A stretch of DNA of 64,000 nt from an uncultured Cellvibrionaceae bacterium (GTDB taxonomy: Bacteria; Pseudomonadota; Gammaproteobacteria; Pseudomonadales; Cellvibrionaceae), in assembly GCA_964342265.1 (NCBI GenBank), contig CAYFFE010000001.1, positions 4,362 to 68,361 on the forward strand, in the 5' to 3' direction. Below are positions 1 through 9,115 of the stretch, one piece after another. The notes under the pieces were generated by a model. The model ran no database searches. It saw only the letters and a program-made list of their open reading frames with translations, and had not been told where the DNA came from. The position numbers were made by a program, and so were the translations under genes. Each line of letters begins with the position of its first letter. Position 1 is the first letter of the stretch.

Positions 1-677
1 AAATACAGCGCCAATTGGCTGTTGGCTGGGTAGAGCAGTTCTTCTTCGAGGATGAATAAATCGCGGTTAAGTTCGAGCAATTCCTGTTTTAGGTCTTCGA
101 TTTCGTCGCTGATCGAGCCCTCGGGCTTGGTTGCTTTGGCCAGGGCCGGTGCGTCTGTTGAATCGGCGGCGCTGTCAGTTGGTTCGGTTGTGGCCGGCTC
201 GGTGGTTTCGTCGCCGTTAAATTCGGCGCTGACGCCGGGGTTTTCTGCCGCTTCGCTGTCAGCTTCCGGGTCGGCCATGCTGGTTTCTTCTTGCAACGGG
301 GCTTCGTCTTGCGCCATGGCTTCTGTTGGGGTAGCGGATTCTTGATCCGATTCGCTCATGGTTTCGGTGGGCGCATCGCTCAGGGTTGTTTTAGGATCGC
401 TCAGGGCTGTCTCAGATTCGCTCAAGGCTGTTTCGGACTCGCTCAGGGCTGATTCAGGATCGCTCAAGGCTGTTTCAGGTTCGCTCAAGGCTGTTTCAGG
501 TTCGCTCAAGGCTGTTTCAGCCACAGTCGTATCGTCAGTTTGTTCCGTGTTGGCTGAGCCCGAGGCTGTGTCGTCTTGGCCGAACAGTTGGGTACTGGCA
601 GCCAGTAAGGTGGCACAGAGTACAGCCAGCAACCAAGGGTTAGCTCTGCCAGTGACGGGGAGTTGTCGTGCGGACAT
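1..677 (-). CDS. Secreted conserved hypothetical protein with acidic repeat linker (partial, runs off left edge; not in ORF track)
   Basis: Hand translation from ATG at 677 (AGGAG upstream): MSARQLPVTGRANPWLLAVLCATLLAASTQLFG signal peptide, a long E/D/S/T/A-rich linker, then IEDLKQELLELNRDLFILEEELLYPANSQLALY; the frame stays open to the window edge. Confidence 0.8.
   Translation of the reverse strand, partial: MSARQLPVTGRANPWLLAVLCATLLAASTQLFGQDDTASGSANTEQTDDTTVAETALSEPETALSEPETALSDPESALSESETALSESETALSDPKTTLSDAPTETMSESDQESATPTEAMAQDEAPLQEETSMADPEADSEAAENPGVSAEFNGDETTEPATTEPTDSAADSTDAPALAKATKPEGSISDEIEDLKQELLELNRDLFILEEELLYPANSQLALY
376..520 (-). repeat. 21-bp coding tandem repeat, about 7 copies (ETALSEP-like heptapeptide)
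   Basis: TCGCTCA recurs on the + strand at 376, 397, 418, 439, 460, 481 and 502; unit consensus TCGCTCAAGGCTGTTTCAGGT. Confidence 0.95.
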
Positions 678-879
678 GAAACGGTCTTCTCCTGAGTTAT
701 CGCCTGCCACAGGTCCCAAAACCTCGGCAGTGCTTCCTTCATGCTTAGGCGGATACCTTCATTGGCGCGCCGTCTTTCAGCAAGGCGACAAAGTATAAGG
801 GATGGCGAAAAAAGTTAGGTGCTAATAAGAGCACAATAAAGGTTATATTCTGCTAAAAATCTATCGCAATCGAAGCTTT

Positions 880-895
880 TGTGATGAATTTCACC
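880..895. promoter_or_regulatory. Putative CRP/Vfr binding site
   Basis: TGTGA-TGAATT-TCACC, 9/10 match to TGTGA-N6-TCACA, upstream of a TATACT -10 candidate (minus strand, 793-798). Confidence 0.45.
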
Positions 896-933
896 ATCTA
901 TTAAATTACTGACGCCCTTATCTTTACAGCCGA

Positions 934-1956
934 TTACTGTTCTGCCGGTGGCTGCAGTCCGCTGGAATATCGCACTTTACCTGCGCGGGTAATCACAATG
1001 GCTTCGTAACCGGGTAACTGATCGATCATGGCCAAGCCCGCTTCACTGCCCATAACAAACACAGCGGTCGACAGAGGATCGGTGGTAAAGCCCTCCGGCC
1101 CGATAACCGTTACGCTGATTAATTCGTGGCTGGACTTACCGGTTTTTGGGTTGATGATGTGATGCACCCGCTCGCCGTTGTCGTCGATAAAAAAGCGTTC
1201 GTAATCGCCGGAGGTGGAAATGGCTTCGTCCACTAAGGGTAGCTTAAGTACGCTCTGCCAGGTTTCGTCGGCGTTATTAGGGCGGGGGTTTTTAATGCCT
1301 ACCACCCAAGGTTTGCCCAGGTTGTCGCCAAGCAAACGAGTATCGCCGCCGGCGTTGACACTGGCATGACGAACGCCGTGTTGGCGTAAAATCGCGGCGG
1401 CGCGATCCACGGCGTAGCCTTTGGCTAAGCCGCCCAAATCGATTTTAACGCCCGGATGGCTGAATTTAAGCTGCTGTTGGCTGGGGTTCCACTGCAGTCG
1501 GCCCACAGCGGGCAGTTGTTGCTCGATTTTCTTCTGATCGGGTTTAACCCCGGCGCGGTAGTCGTAAAGGTGGCCCACCGAGGCGTAGGTTATATCGAAC
1601 GCGCCCTGGCTGATTTCGTTGACCCACATCGCTTTATCGAGCAAACGATTGAATTCTGGCGAGAGGGTTTGTGGGCTCTGGGCTGCGTTGCGATTTATTT
1701 GGCTGAGCGGGCTGGATTCGATGTAGGGGCTGTAGGTTTGATCAATGCGCTCCATTTCTTGGCGCACTTGGGCCAGTAATTTCTGCGCTTCGCCCTCATC
1801 GGGCCACCACAGGCGGGCACCCACGGTGGTGCCCATAATCGACCAATTTTGCTGGTACCACTCGGCACTGGCCGAGTTGGCGCGCAGCAGCAGGCCAAGC
1901 AGTGCAACTAGCGCGTAAAAAAACGGCGTGGGTAATGGCTTACTGCTGCCACTCAA
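934..1956 (-). CDS. apbE: FAD:protein FMN transferase (ApbE family)
   Basis: IMGT, GAFDIT, IDLGGLAKGYAVD, NAGGD, STSGDYER and HHIINPKTG motifs; signal peptide ending SASA. Start uncertain (TTG 1956 chosen; ORF extends to 2010). Confidence 0.93.
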   Translation of the reverse strand: MSGSSKPLPTPFFYALVALLGLLLRANSASAEWYQQNWSIMGTTVGARLWWPDEGEAQKLLAQVRQEMERIDQTYSPYIESSPLSQINRNAAQSPQTLSPEFNRLLDKAMWVNEISQGAFDITYASVGHLYDYRAGVKPDQKKIEQQLPAVGRLQWNPSQQQLKFSHPGVKIDLGGLAKGYAVDRAAAILRQHGVRHASVNAGGDTRLLGDNLGKPWVVGIKNPRPNNADETWQSVLKLPLVDEAISTSGDYERFFIDDNGERVHHIINPKTGKSSHELISVTVIGPEGFTTDPLSTAVFVMGSEAGLAMIDQLPGYEAIVITRAGKVRYSSGLQPPAEQ

Positions 1957-2734
1957 AGCGATAGCCTTGCTCGGTTTGCTCGCCAATGGCACCCACGGTG
2001 TTGTCGACAATGGGTTTTAAGTTGGGATGAGCTGCCTCGCGCACGCCCACTTGGCCGTTTAACAAAAAGCCGTATTCATCGTTGGGCCGGGCCACCGGGT
2101 TGTAGTTGATGTCCAATTCGGCGAATACCGGGCCGCCCAAATCGACTACGTCCATATCTACGCCGCCGTTGTTATCGGATTTGAGATTGGCGCCAAAGCT
2201 GCCGACTTTTATCCAATCCTTGCCGTCGTGAAAGGCCCCGTCGCGCCAAGAGAAGTTGCCTTCTAACTGCTCGATACGCTCGCCCACCATCACGCCTTTG
2301 TTTACCATCAATGACACGTCGCCGTTGAGGCTGGTGGAAAACCACAAATCCAGCAGAGCGGCGGGAATATTCAGCGAGAAATCTTCCAACTGCACACGCT
2401 GATCCTGCGCACAGACGTAGCCGTTGGCGCTCTGGTTTTGAAAGGCAAAAGCCACTTCGGCACAAGGCTTTAGGGTAATCAGATTACTGACATCGATATC
2501 CCACTGAAAGCGACCCAAACTGTACACGTCTCGATCGACCGAAATGGTTGCACTGCCGGCACTGCCTTTCCACAGTGAGCCGCGTACTTCGGCAAGGCTC
2601 AATCCGGGTACGGCTTGAGTAAACGCGTAGGCGGCGAAGGAGGCCGGTACGCGCATGATGATCAGCACCAGAAACAAAATCACCAGGGCCAGCCAAACCC
2701 AGAAGTTTTTGAGAATGTTGTTAGTTAATAGCAT
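1940..2734 (-). CDS. gspN: Type II secretion protein N
   Basis: N-terminal TM helix, VPAS...GSLWKGSA motif, last gsp gene. Confidence 0.88.
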   Translation of the reverse strand: MLLTNNILKNFWVWLALVILFLVLIIMRVPASFAAYAFTQAVPGLSLAEVRGSLWKGSAGSATISVDRDVYSLGRFQWDIDVSNLITLKPCAEVAFAFQNQSANGYVCAQDQRVQLEDFSLNIPAALLDLWFSTSLNGDVSLMVNKGVMVGERIEQLEGNFSWRDGAFHDGKDWIKVGSFGANLKSDNNGGVDMDVVDLGGPVFAELDINYNPVARPNDEYGFLLNGQVGVREAAHPNLKPIVDNTVGAIGEQTEQGYRFEWQQ

Positions 2735-2745
2735 GGTAACGGTTT

Positions 2746-3228
2746 CTATTTTGCCAAGCGCATACTGGCCGAAACTCGGCCGCTGACGCGCGTGGGGGTG
2801 ATGGTCAATTCACGGGTGGTTAGCTGGTGCTCGGTTTCCATTTCGGCGAGCCAGGCGATGAGGTTGTTGTAGGGCACATCGTCTAAACGCAGTCGCACCT
2901 CGCCCTCGCGCACCGGCTGAAAACTGCCCAGGACCATGGCTCGGGCGCGCAGGCTGCGGTCGATTAACTCACTCAATGGCGTATCGCCACTGCGGCTCAC
3001 ACCAGCTCCGCCGGAGCGATATTCGGCCAATTCTAGGGCCATTTCTCTCACGGTGGCCAGTGTTTCGGCAGTGGCTTTGGTGCGATTGGCCTGCTCCACC
3101 ACGGCTTTATTAGACGGCGCGATTAGCGCCCACCAGATAATGGCGACTCCCAGAGCCACACCACAGATTAACAGCGCCGTTTGATCGCGGCGGCTCAGGC
3201 TCATCCAGTAATTGATAGCCGCGTTCAT
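2746..3228 (-). CDS. gspM: Type II secretion protein M
   Basis: W..LS.RDQ N-terminus, single TM helix, LIAWLAEME ferredoxin-like domain; overlaps gspL by 4 nt. Confidence 0.92.
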   Translation of the reverse strand: MNAAINYWMSLSRRDQTALLICGVALGVAIIWWALIAPSNKAVVEQANRTKATAETLATVREMALELAEYRSGGAGVSRSGDTPLSELIDRSLRARAMVLGSFQPVREGEVRLRLDDVPYNNLIAWLAEMETEHQLTTRELTITPTRVSGRVSASMRLAK

Positions 3229-4469
3229 TGGGCACTCCTTAAGCGCAGTCGAGCTTGAACGCCCTCGGCGACGCTGGAGGTGCCCAGCAATTCAGCCACA
3301 AGGCGTTGTTTTTCCAATTCGCCGCGCATCTGCTCGATTTGACGAAAATCCGAGGACTCCACGTTAAGGCGCATTTCGCCGTCGACAAAATGCAGGTTGC
3401 GCAGGCTTATTTCCTCGCTGTTGGCGATCACTGGGCTAACGGCGGCCATTAGGCCGATAACGCCGCCGTCACTGTCGCCAGAATCGGATTTAAATTCTTT
3501 AAGCTTGGTGGATAACTGCTGAACAGGATCGACCATTTGACCCTGCGGCACCACGCTGCGATAAGCCTTTTCGTAGGCGGCGATGTGATTTTTCTGCTGG
3601 GACTTGAGCTGCGACACGGCCACATAATTGCCCACCAAAAACAGCACCACCGAAACGCCGGCGACGATAGCCGCGGGTTTCCAAGCCTGCCACCAGCGCG
3701 CCAGTGGCAGCGATCGGCCCAAGCTTTGCTGACGCAAATTAAGGGCGGGCACCAGTTCTACCGACAAACTCAACCACTGGTCCCACTGGGCGCTGGTGGC
3801 GATTTCTTGCAGGCTTTCCGGTAGGTTTTCCTGCAGGGTTTGCAAGTCTTCGAAGCTCTCGCCAAAGAGTTTGATTTGCTGGGGGTGCTGTTCGGCGTCT
3901 AACTCAGAATTCAGTGCCAGCAGGCTGTCTTGCAGCAACTCCATGGGCACCGTAAAGGCCAGGTCGTGGCCATAACGCACTTCCACCGAATTATCGCCAC
4001 CCAGCCAGCGCAGGCTCCATTGGTGCTCGTTGTAGGGCAGCAACAGTGGCAGTGGCAGGCACACGGCAACTTCTAAATTGAGGTTCTCGAATTGTTGCAA
4101 CAACTCGGCTATCCACTCTCTAGGCGTGTAGGCAACACTGACCTGATCGCCGTGGATGGCGCCGTAGGCAAAGTGGAAATCGTCCACGTTACCGAGAATT
4201 TGTTCTTCCAGCTCATAGGGCATGAGCTTGGCCAGATGGCTGCGCTCGCCGGATTCGAAGTGCGCGGCCACCATAACGATTTCTGGGCTGGCCACCGCCA
4301 ACCAGATTTCCGAGTGATAGTTGCTCTGGGCGGTGGCAAGCTCGGTGAGTGAACCCTGTTCGGGGGGCCCCAGCCAGTTGCCGTCTTCGATGCGACGCCA
4401 AATCAATACCGGAGCTTCTGGGCTCTGGCCTTCGACGGTGGCGTCGTAAATAACTATTAATCGGTTCAT
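3225..4469 (-). CDS. gspL: Type II secretion protein L
   Basis: PYELEEQI..HFA cytoplasmic actin-like domain, LNLRQ motif, TM helix, operon position. Confidence 0.92.
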   Translation of the reverse strand: MNRLIVIYDATVEGQSPEAPVLIWRRIEDGNWLGPPEQGSLTELATAQSNYHSEIWLAVASPEIVMVAAHFESGERSHLAKLMPYELEEQILGNVDDFHFAYGAIHGDQVSVAYTPREWIAELLQQFENLNLEVAVCLPLPLLLPYNEHQWSLRWLGGDNSVEVRYGHDLAFTVPMELLQDSLLALNSELDAEQHPQQIKLFGESFEDLQTLQENLPESLQEIATSAQWDQWLSLSVELVPALNLRQQSLGRSLPLARWWQAWKPAAIVAGVSVVLFLVGNYVAVSQLKSQQKNHIAAYEKAYRSVVPQGQMVDPVQQLSTKLKEFKSDSGDSDGGVIGLMAAVSPVIANSEEISLRNLHFVDGEMRLNVESSDFRQIEQMRGELEKQRLVAELLGTSSVAEGVQARLRLRSAQ

Positions 4470-4705
4470 GATTGTTGCTTTTTATACTCGCAAAGTTTGG
4501 GCTTCAAGCCTTTGACTTGAAGGTTTTTACTGGGCTGGCGGCGGCAAGTGACGCAGTTTAACGCATTCGCCGGGCCAAATACGCCCTGTTGTATTTATTT
4601 TCCTGTGCGCCCACGACTGACGGGGCAATCCCGCTCCAGTTGGGCTTTTATTTGGTTAATGAGCCAGCATTTTATTGCTGTGTCATTGCTTTCCAGTTAT
4701 CGACG

Positions 4706-5737
4706 CTAAAGCACAAAATCGCTGTGGCGCACCACTCGGGTTTGACCGCCGTCGCGATGTAAAAGCGTGAGCAAGCTGCGTCGCTGTCGGCCTACTTCCA
4801 CCTGAGTGGAAAGCAAAAAATAATCGCTGCTCACGCTCAGCCCGTCCGGGTCGAATTCCCCTTGGCCCGATAAACTGGAGGGAATTTGTCCCTCCAAAAA
4901 CTCGGGAATATCCAAGTAGGCGCCGGCGCGGTCGATAATAATTTGTTCGGCGTCGACCATGTCCAGCGGCGCTAGGTTGTCGTCGGTGTTCAGTGCCCGT
5001 ATTAACGTCATGCTGGCGGTGTTCACATTCAAGCCGGCGTTGCCCTCGGGCAATGCGGTAATGTGCGGCGACAAAGCCACGTACAGTTCCGGTGTAATGC
5101 CCTTAACGTAGCGCAGCTCGGTAATGCTGATGATTGGCCCATCCGGCGGCGTAATGGGCGGATCAAAGCGCTGATAAAACAAGTTTTCCGCCCCGCCGAA
5201 ACCAAACGGCGAGGTGTCGGGATCGATCCAGTCGACCACGGCCTCAAGGATGTCCACCGCCTCACTGAGACTCATCGGGTTTTCTTCATCGAGCAGTTGC
5301 AGCAGGCGAATAAACCGGCGCTGATCGGCAGTAAAGCGGCGCGGGTCGGTGGGGCTGAAGTTCTGCTGCTCGTTGCCTTCGGTGCTGACTTGCATGGCCA
5401 GCCGGTTGATGTCGAGCCGACTTTGCGCATCGACGATCTGGCCGATTAACGCGCCTTCGTCGAGCGGAAATTGCTGCTGTTGCGACCAGGGCTCCTCATA
5501 GGAGTCGATCATTTCGTTGTTGTCTGAGTCGTCTTCAAGATCCTGATCGAGAACAAATCGGGCCAAATCTTCACCGCCAAAGACGTACTCGCGCGCTTGG
5601 CTGCCGTGAAAGCGGCTTTCGGCGCGCAGCAGGCTGCGATCGTGACTCACCGCCAAGCCGATGGACAGGCTGACCACCAGCACGGAAATAATCAGCGCGG
5701 CGATCATTACCGCGCCGGATTGCCTGCGACCGCCCAC
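4706..5737 (-). CDS. gspK: Type II secretion minor pseudopilin K
   Basis: RQSG/AVM prepilin site; DAQSRLDIN, VDWIDPD and LNVNTA motifs. Confidence 0.95.
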   Translation of the reverse strand: MGGRRQSGAVMIAALIISVLVVSLSIGLAVSHDRSLLRAESRFHGSQAREYVFGGEDLARFVLDQDLEDDSDNNEMIDSYEEPWSQQQQFPLDEGALIGQIVDAQSRLDINRLAMQVSTEGNEQQNFSPTDPRRFTADQRRFIRLLQLLDEENPMSLSEAVDILEAVVDWIDPDTSPFGFGGAENLFYQRFDPPITPPDGPIISITELRYVKGITPELYVALSPHITALPEGNAGLNVNTASMTLIRALNTDDNLAPLDMVDAEQIIIDRAGAYLDIPEFLEGQIPSSLSGQGEFDPDGLSVSSDYFLLSTQVEVGRQRRSLLTLLHRDGGQTRVVRHSDFVL

Positions 5738-5739
5738 GG

Positions 5740-6369
5740 CTAGCCACCTCCCAGCAAAAACAGGCGGGTAATTCGGCCAAATTCTTCGTGTTCGATTTCC
5801 ACCTCAACAGCCACGGGCAGCTCTTCCGGGCCGCCGGGCTCGGGCCAACCGTCGGACCAGGGACCTTCGCGGTTATCGGCGTCCGGCGGTAAAAACCGAA
5901 ACAACAATTCGGTAACGCCGGTTAATAGCGGCAGTTGCGTGGCGTCTTCTACGGCGGCGTCTTGGGTTTCGGGCCAGGTCTCGCGGTAGATGGTTTCATC
6001 TTCCAGGCGATAGCCCACTTGCAGCAGGGAGCTGCGCACCAAATTGGCGGGATTGGGTCGGCCACCGCGGACAAACTTGAGCAGATAGTCGTTGTCGCTT
6101 TCAGTACTAAAGCCCGCGGGTATGACCACGTTAAACAGTTGCGTATCGCGGTCGACCACATGGCGAAAATCGGTTTCCAGTAGGTACATGGCGCGGCTGA
6201 TGTCGTCCACTTCGGCGAGCACTTCTTGGGTGACTTCCGAACCACTGATGGCCGTGGACAGCGTTTGGTAGGCCAGGGCGATCACCAAAATGCCAATGGC
6301 AAACGCCACCACCACCTCAATGAGTGTGAATCCCCCCTGTTTATTGGGTAATGTCGTCTTGGATCTCAT
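5740..6369 (-). CDS. gspJ: Type II secretion minor pseudopilin J
   Basis: QGG/FTLIE site, VGYRLED..IYR, LPVAVEV; start trimmed to ATG 6369. Confidence 0.93.
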   Translation of the reverse strand: MRSKTTLPNKQGGFTLIEVVVAFAIGILVIALAYQTLSTAISGSEVTQEVLAEVDDISRAMYLLETDFRHVVDRDTQLFNVVIPAGFSTESDNDYLLKFVRGGRPNPANLVRSSLLQVGYRLEDETIYRETWPETQDAAVEDATQLPLLTGVTELLFRFLPPDADNREGPWSDGWPEPGGPEELPVAVEVEIEHEEFGRITRLFLLGGG

Positions 6370-6769
6370 AAATGAACCCGGACAGGTGGGAGATAGGGTT
6401 GTCGGCGGCTTCCTCGGCACTCAAGCCCACCGAAATATTAATGCGGCGAATTTCTTCAACTGGAGTTTCTTCGCCCACGGCCAGCCAGTGCCATTCGATG
6501 CCACTCAATTCCTCGGTGCCGGTTTGACGACCATTGAGGATGCGCTGAGTTAATTGGTAGTTGAGCCGATGGGTATTGAGCTGGTTGGTGGCAACCCAGT
6601 CGGCCAGGGTTTGCTCGCGAATCGAGGTCGCATTGTTAGCCTGAGTAATGATCAAGCTCATCATTGCCGGTAATGCCACGGCAATGATCACCAGGGCCAC
6701 CATAACTTCCACCAGCGTAAAGCCGGTTTGGGTGCGCTTGTGGCGATTGTTGGTAATGTGCTTACTCAT
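6341..6769 (-). CDS. gspI: Type II secretion minor pseudopilin I
   Basis: QTG/FTLVEVMVAL, TLADWVATNQL; start ATG 6769 coupled to the gspH stop. Confidence 0.93.
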   Translation of the reverse strand: MSKHITNNRHKRTQTGFTLVEVMVALVIIAVALPAMMSLIITQANNATSIREQTLADWVATNQLNTHRLNYQLTQRILNGRQTGTEELSGIEWHWLAVGEETPVEEIRRINISVGLSAEEAADNPISHLSGFIYEIQDDITQ

Positions 6770-7359
6770 CAGCGTAATCCGGCCGCTCGTTCGTCCTGCT
6801 CGGAGCGCTCTCGCCAAACCACATAGCCCAGCTCGTTGATGTCCATGTGGATGCTTCGACTCTCGAAGTCGGTGACTTCGCGCGCGGCCTGGGCGTCTAA
6901 CTCAAAAATTAAGGGGGCGGCCAGCGCTTCCCCCCCGCCGTAAAAAATAATCACCGGCAGTGGATCTTCGTATTCCAGCCACTGCCACAAATCCACGGGT
7001 TCTTCGTCGATTTGGATGGTCATATCAACGAAGCTTGGCGGCTCGATAGCGGGAATTTCGCTAATGGGCTGCCATTGACCGTCGCGCCAGCGATGCCAAC
7101 CCAAGCGCCAATTCAAATCGGCCTCGTTTTCGTTGAGTGGCTCGGGCACTAAACCGATGTGCTCACCGCCGAACAGGGCCTGATCGGTACCAAAGCTCAA
7201 TTGCGCGTAGGTGTCTTCGCCAAAATCTTGCAGCTCACCGGCGGCGTCGAACTGAGCCACATTGAGGCCAACCACACCCACCATCAAACCGATGATGAAA
7301 ATGACTACCATCAACTCCAGTAAGGTGAAGCCGCGGTTTTGGTTGGCCTGGACTGTCAT
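6769..7359 (-). CDS. gspH: Type II secretion minor pseudopilin H
   Basis: NRG/FTLLELMVV prepilin site; lies between gspG and gspI. Confidence 0.92.
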   Translation of the reverse strand: MTVQANQNRGFTLLELMVVIFIIGLMVGVVGLNVAQFDAAGELQDFGEDTYAQLSFGTDQALFGGEHIGLVPEPLNENEADLNWRLGWHRWRDGQWQPISEIPAIEPPSFVDMTIQIDEEPVDLWQWLEYEDPLPVIIFYGGGEALAAPLIFELDAQAAREVTDFESRSIHMDINELGYVVWRERSEQDERAAGLR

Positions 7360-7361
7360 GA

Positions 7362-7802
7362 TTATGCGTCTGGGTCATCCCAAACACTGATGTCGGCGTT
7401 GTCGCCTTCACCGCCGGGAACACCGTCGGCACCGTAGGTGAAAATATCGTACTGTTTGGTTTCACCGGGGCTCAGGTAAAGGTACTCGTTACCCCAAGGA
7501 TCTTTGGGTGGCTTGCTGATGTAGCCGCCCTGGCGGTATTTGCGCGGTACTGGGTCGAGCGTGGGTTTTTCCCACAGAGCTGACAAACCCTGCTCGCTGC
7601 TCGGGTACACGTAGTTATCTAATCGGTAGGTTTGCAGTGCGGTTTCCAGGTTGCGGAAATCGGCGAAGGCTTTTTTCTTGTTGGCTTCTTCTAGGTTGCC
7701 GATCACGTTTGGTGCGACGATGCCCACCAATAGCCCCATGATGACCAATACCACCATAATCTCAATCAGTGAAAACCCGTTTTGTCGGTGTTGGAGTCTC
7801 AT
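7362..7802 (-). CDS. gspG: Type II secretion major pseudopilin G
   Basis: QNG/FSLIEIMVV, YRLDNYVYPSSEQGL, DPWGNEY, YGADGVPGGEG. Confidence 0.97.
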   Translation of the reverse strand: MRLQHRQNGFSLIEIMVVLVIMGLLVGIVAPNVIGNLEEANKKKAFADFRNLETALQTYRLDNYVYPSSEQGLSALWEKPTLDPVPRKYRQGGYISKPPKDPWGNEYLYLSPGETKQYDIFTYGADGVPGGEGDNADISVWDDPDA

Positions 7803-7857
7803 AATGTTTATCCCAATCGTATTCTTGCTCAATGTTGTTACTAACGCTTGCGTAGAC

Positions 7858-9102
7858 TCAGCGACCCACCATTTGGTTCAGTTCAAAGATGGGTAAAAGA
7901 ATGGCCATCATAATCAGGCCAATGGAGCCGCCCATGATCACCACAATGGCCGGCTCAAAAATGCCCATAGTGGTAGTCAATTTCATTTCCAGCTCGCGCT
8001 CTTGGTTAGTGGCGCAATGCTTGAGTTGTTTGTCGAGAGTGCCGTTGGCTTCGCCGCTGGCGGTCATTTGCACCAGCAACGGCGGGAACCAACCGGCCTG
8101 CTTGAGTGCTTTGTGCATGGAGCCGCCCTCTTGCACGGTGCGCGATACATCCGAGCAGGCGTGCTGCAGTTCGGTGTTGCCCAGTACCTGAGTGGCAATG
8201 CGCAGCGCCTGCAACAGGGGCACGCCACTTTCTACCAACAGGCTGAGCGTGCCCGCAAAGCGGGAGCTGTCGGCCAGCAAAATAACGTCTTTAACGATGG
8301 GTACCTTCAATACAAAACGGTGCCAGGCGCGTTTGCGCTCGGGGTGTTTGATTAACTGCTTGAAAGCGATCACCAGCGCCACGATGCTGAGCAAAATAAA
8401 CAGCCCGTAATTGGATAGCACAAAACTGGCACCGATAAGAATTCGGGTAATCAGCGGCAGGGTGCGTTCGCTCTGCTCGAACATTTGCACCAGATCGGGC
8501 ACCACAAACACCATCAAAATACCCACCACGCTGGCACTCACTACCAACAGCACCATGGGGTAGATCATGGCCATTTGCAGCTTGTTGGCGGTGTGTTGGT
8601 TGCGCTCGATGTACTCGGCAAGCTGCTCCAATACTTGGCCCAAATAGCCCGAGGATTCGCCGGCGCGCACCATCGAACGGTACATGGTATCGAAGCTTTT
8701 GGGGTGCTCGGAAAACGCCTGAGCCAGGGAGTGGCCCTCTAACACCCGGGAGCGGATGCTGAGCAAAATGGAGCGGGTGGAATCTTTGGTGGACTGCTTG
8801 GCGGCGGTGTTCAGCGACTCGTCCAAGGGCAGGCCGGATTGCAGCAGCGAGGCTAACTGGCGAGTTACCAGTGCTCGCTCTTTGGTGTTTAAGCTCGGTT
8901 TAAACAGTTTAGCCAGCGAAAAACCGCCCTTGCCCGCGCCTTTTTTGCCGGTGGCTTTGGGCTCGCGAGTGGTGGCAACCGTTAACGGCTTGAGCTGCTG
9001 ACCGCGCAGCTGGCTGCGCACTTGGCGTTCGCTGTCGCCTTCGATAACGCCCTTAACGGTTTTGCCTTTGGTGTTGATTGCTGTGTAACTGAACGCTGCC
9101 AT
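7858..9102 (-). CDS. gspF: Type II secretion inner-membrane platform protein F
   Basis: TRQLASLLQSGLPL, AGESSG, MIYP, SGVPLLQAL; three TM segments. Confidence 0.97.
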   Translation of the reverse strand: MAAFSYTAINTKGKTVKGVIEGDSERQVRSQLRGQQLKPLTVATTREPKATGKKGAGKGGFSLAKLFKPSLNTKERALVTRQLASLLQSGLPLDESLNTAAKQSTKDSTRSILLSIRSRVLEGHSLAQAFSEHPKSFDTMYRSMVRAGESSGYLGQVLEQLAEYIERNQHTANKLQMAMIYPMVLLVVSASVVGILMVFVVPDLVQMFEQSERTLPLITRILIGASFVLSNYGLFILLSIVALVIAFKQLIKHPERKRAWHRFVLKVPIVKDVILLADSSRFAGTLSLLVESGVPLLQALRIATQVLGNTELQHACSDVSRTVQEGGSMHKALKQAGWFPPLLVQMTASGEANGTLDKQLKHCATNQERELEMKLTTTMGIFEPAIVVIMGGSIGLIMMAILLPIFELNQMVGR

Positions 9103-9115
9103 GACCTAAATCACC

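Noticed and set aside
376-520. Possible CRISPR array
   Set aside because: The repeats are contiguous, in-frame and without unique spacers; no cas genes.
700-790. c-di-GMP-I riboswitch in the leader (GAAA loop, CCTAA)
   Set aside because: Lacks the GCAAAC/GACGCAAAG core and a convincing second stem.
52-798. Plus-strand ORFs 52-345 and 358-798
   Set aside because: Antisense shadows of the minus-strand gene at 1-677, which has an RBS, a signal peptide and a protein-like domain.
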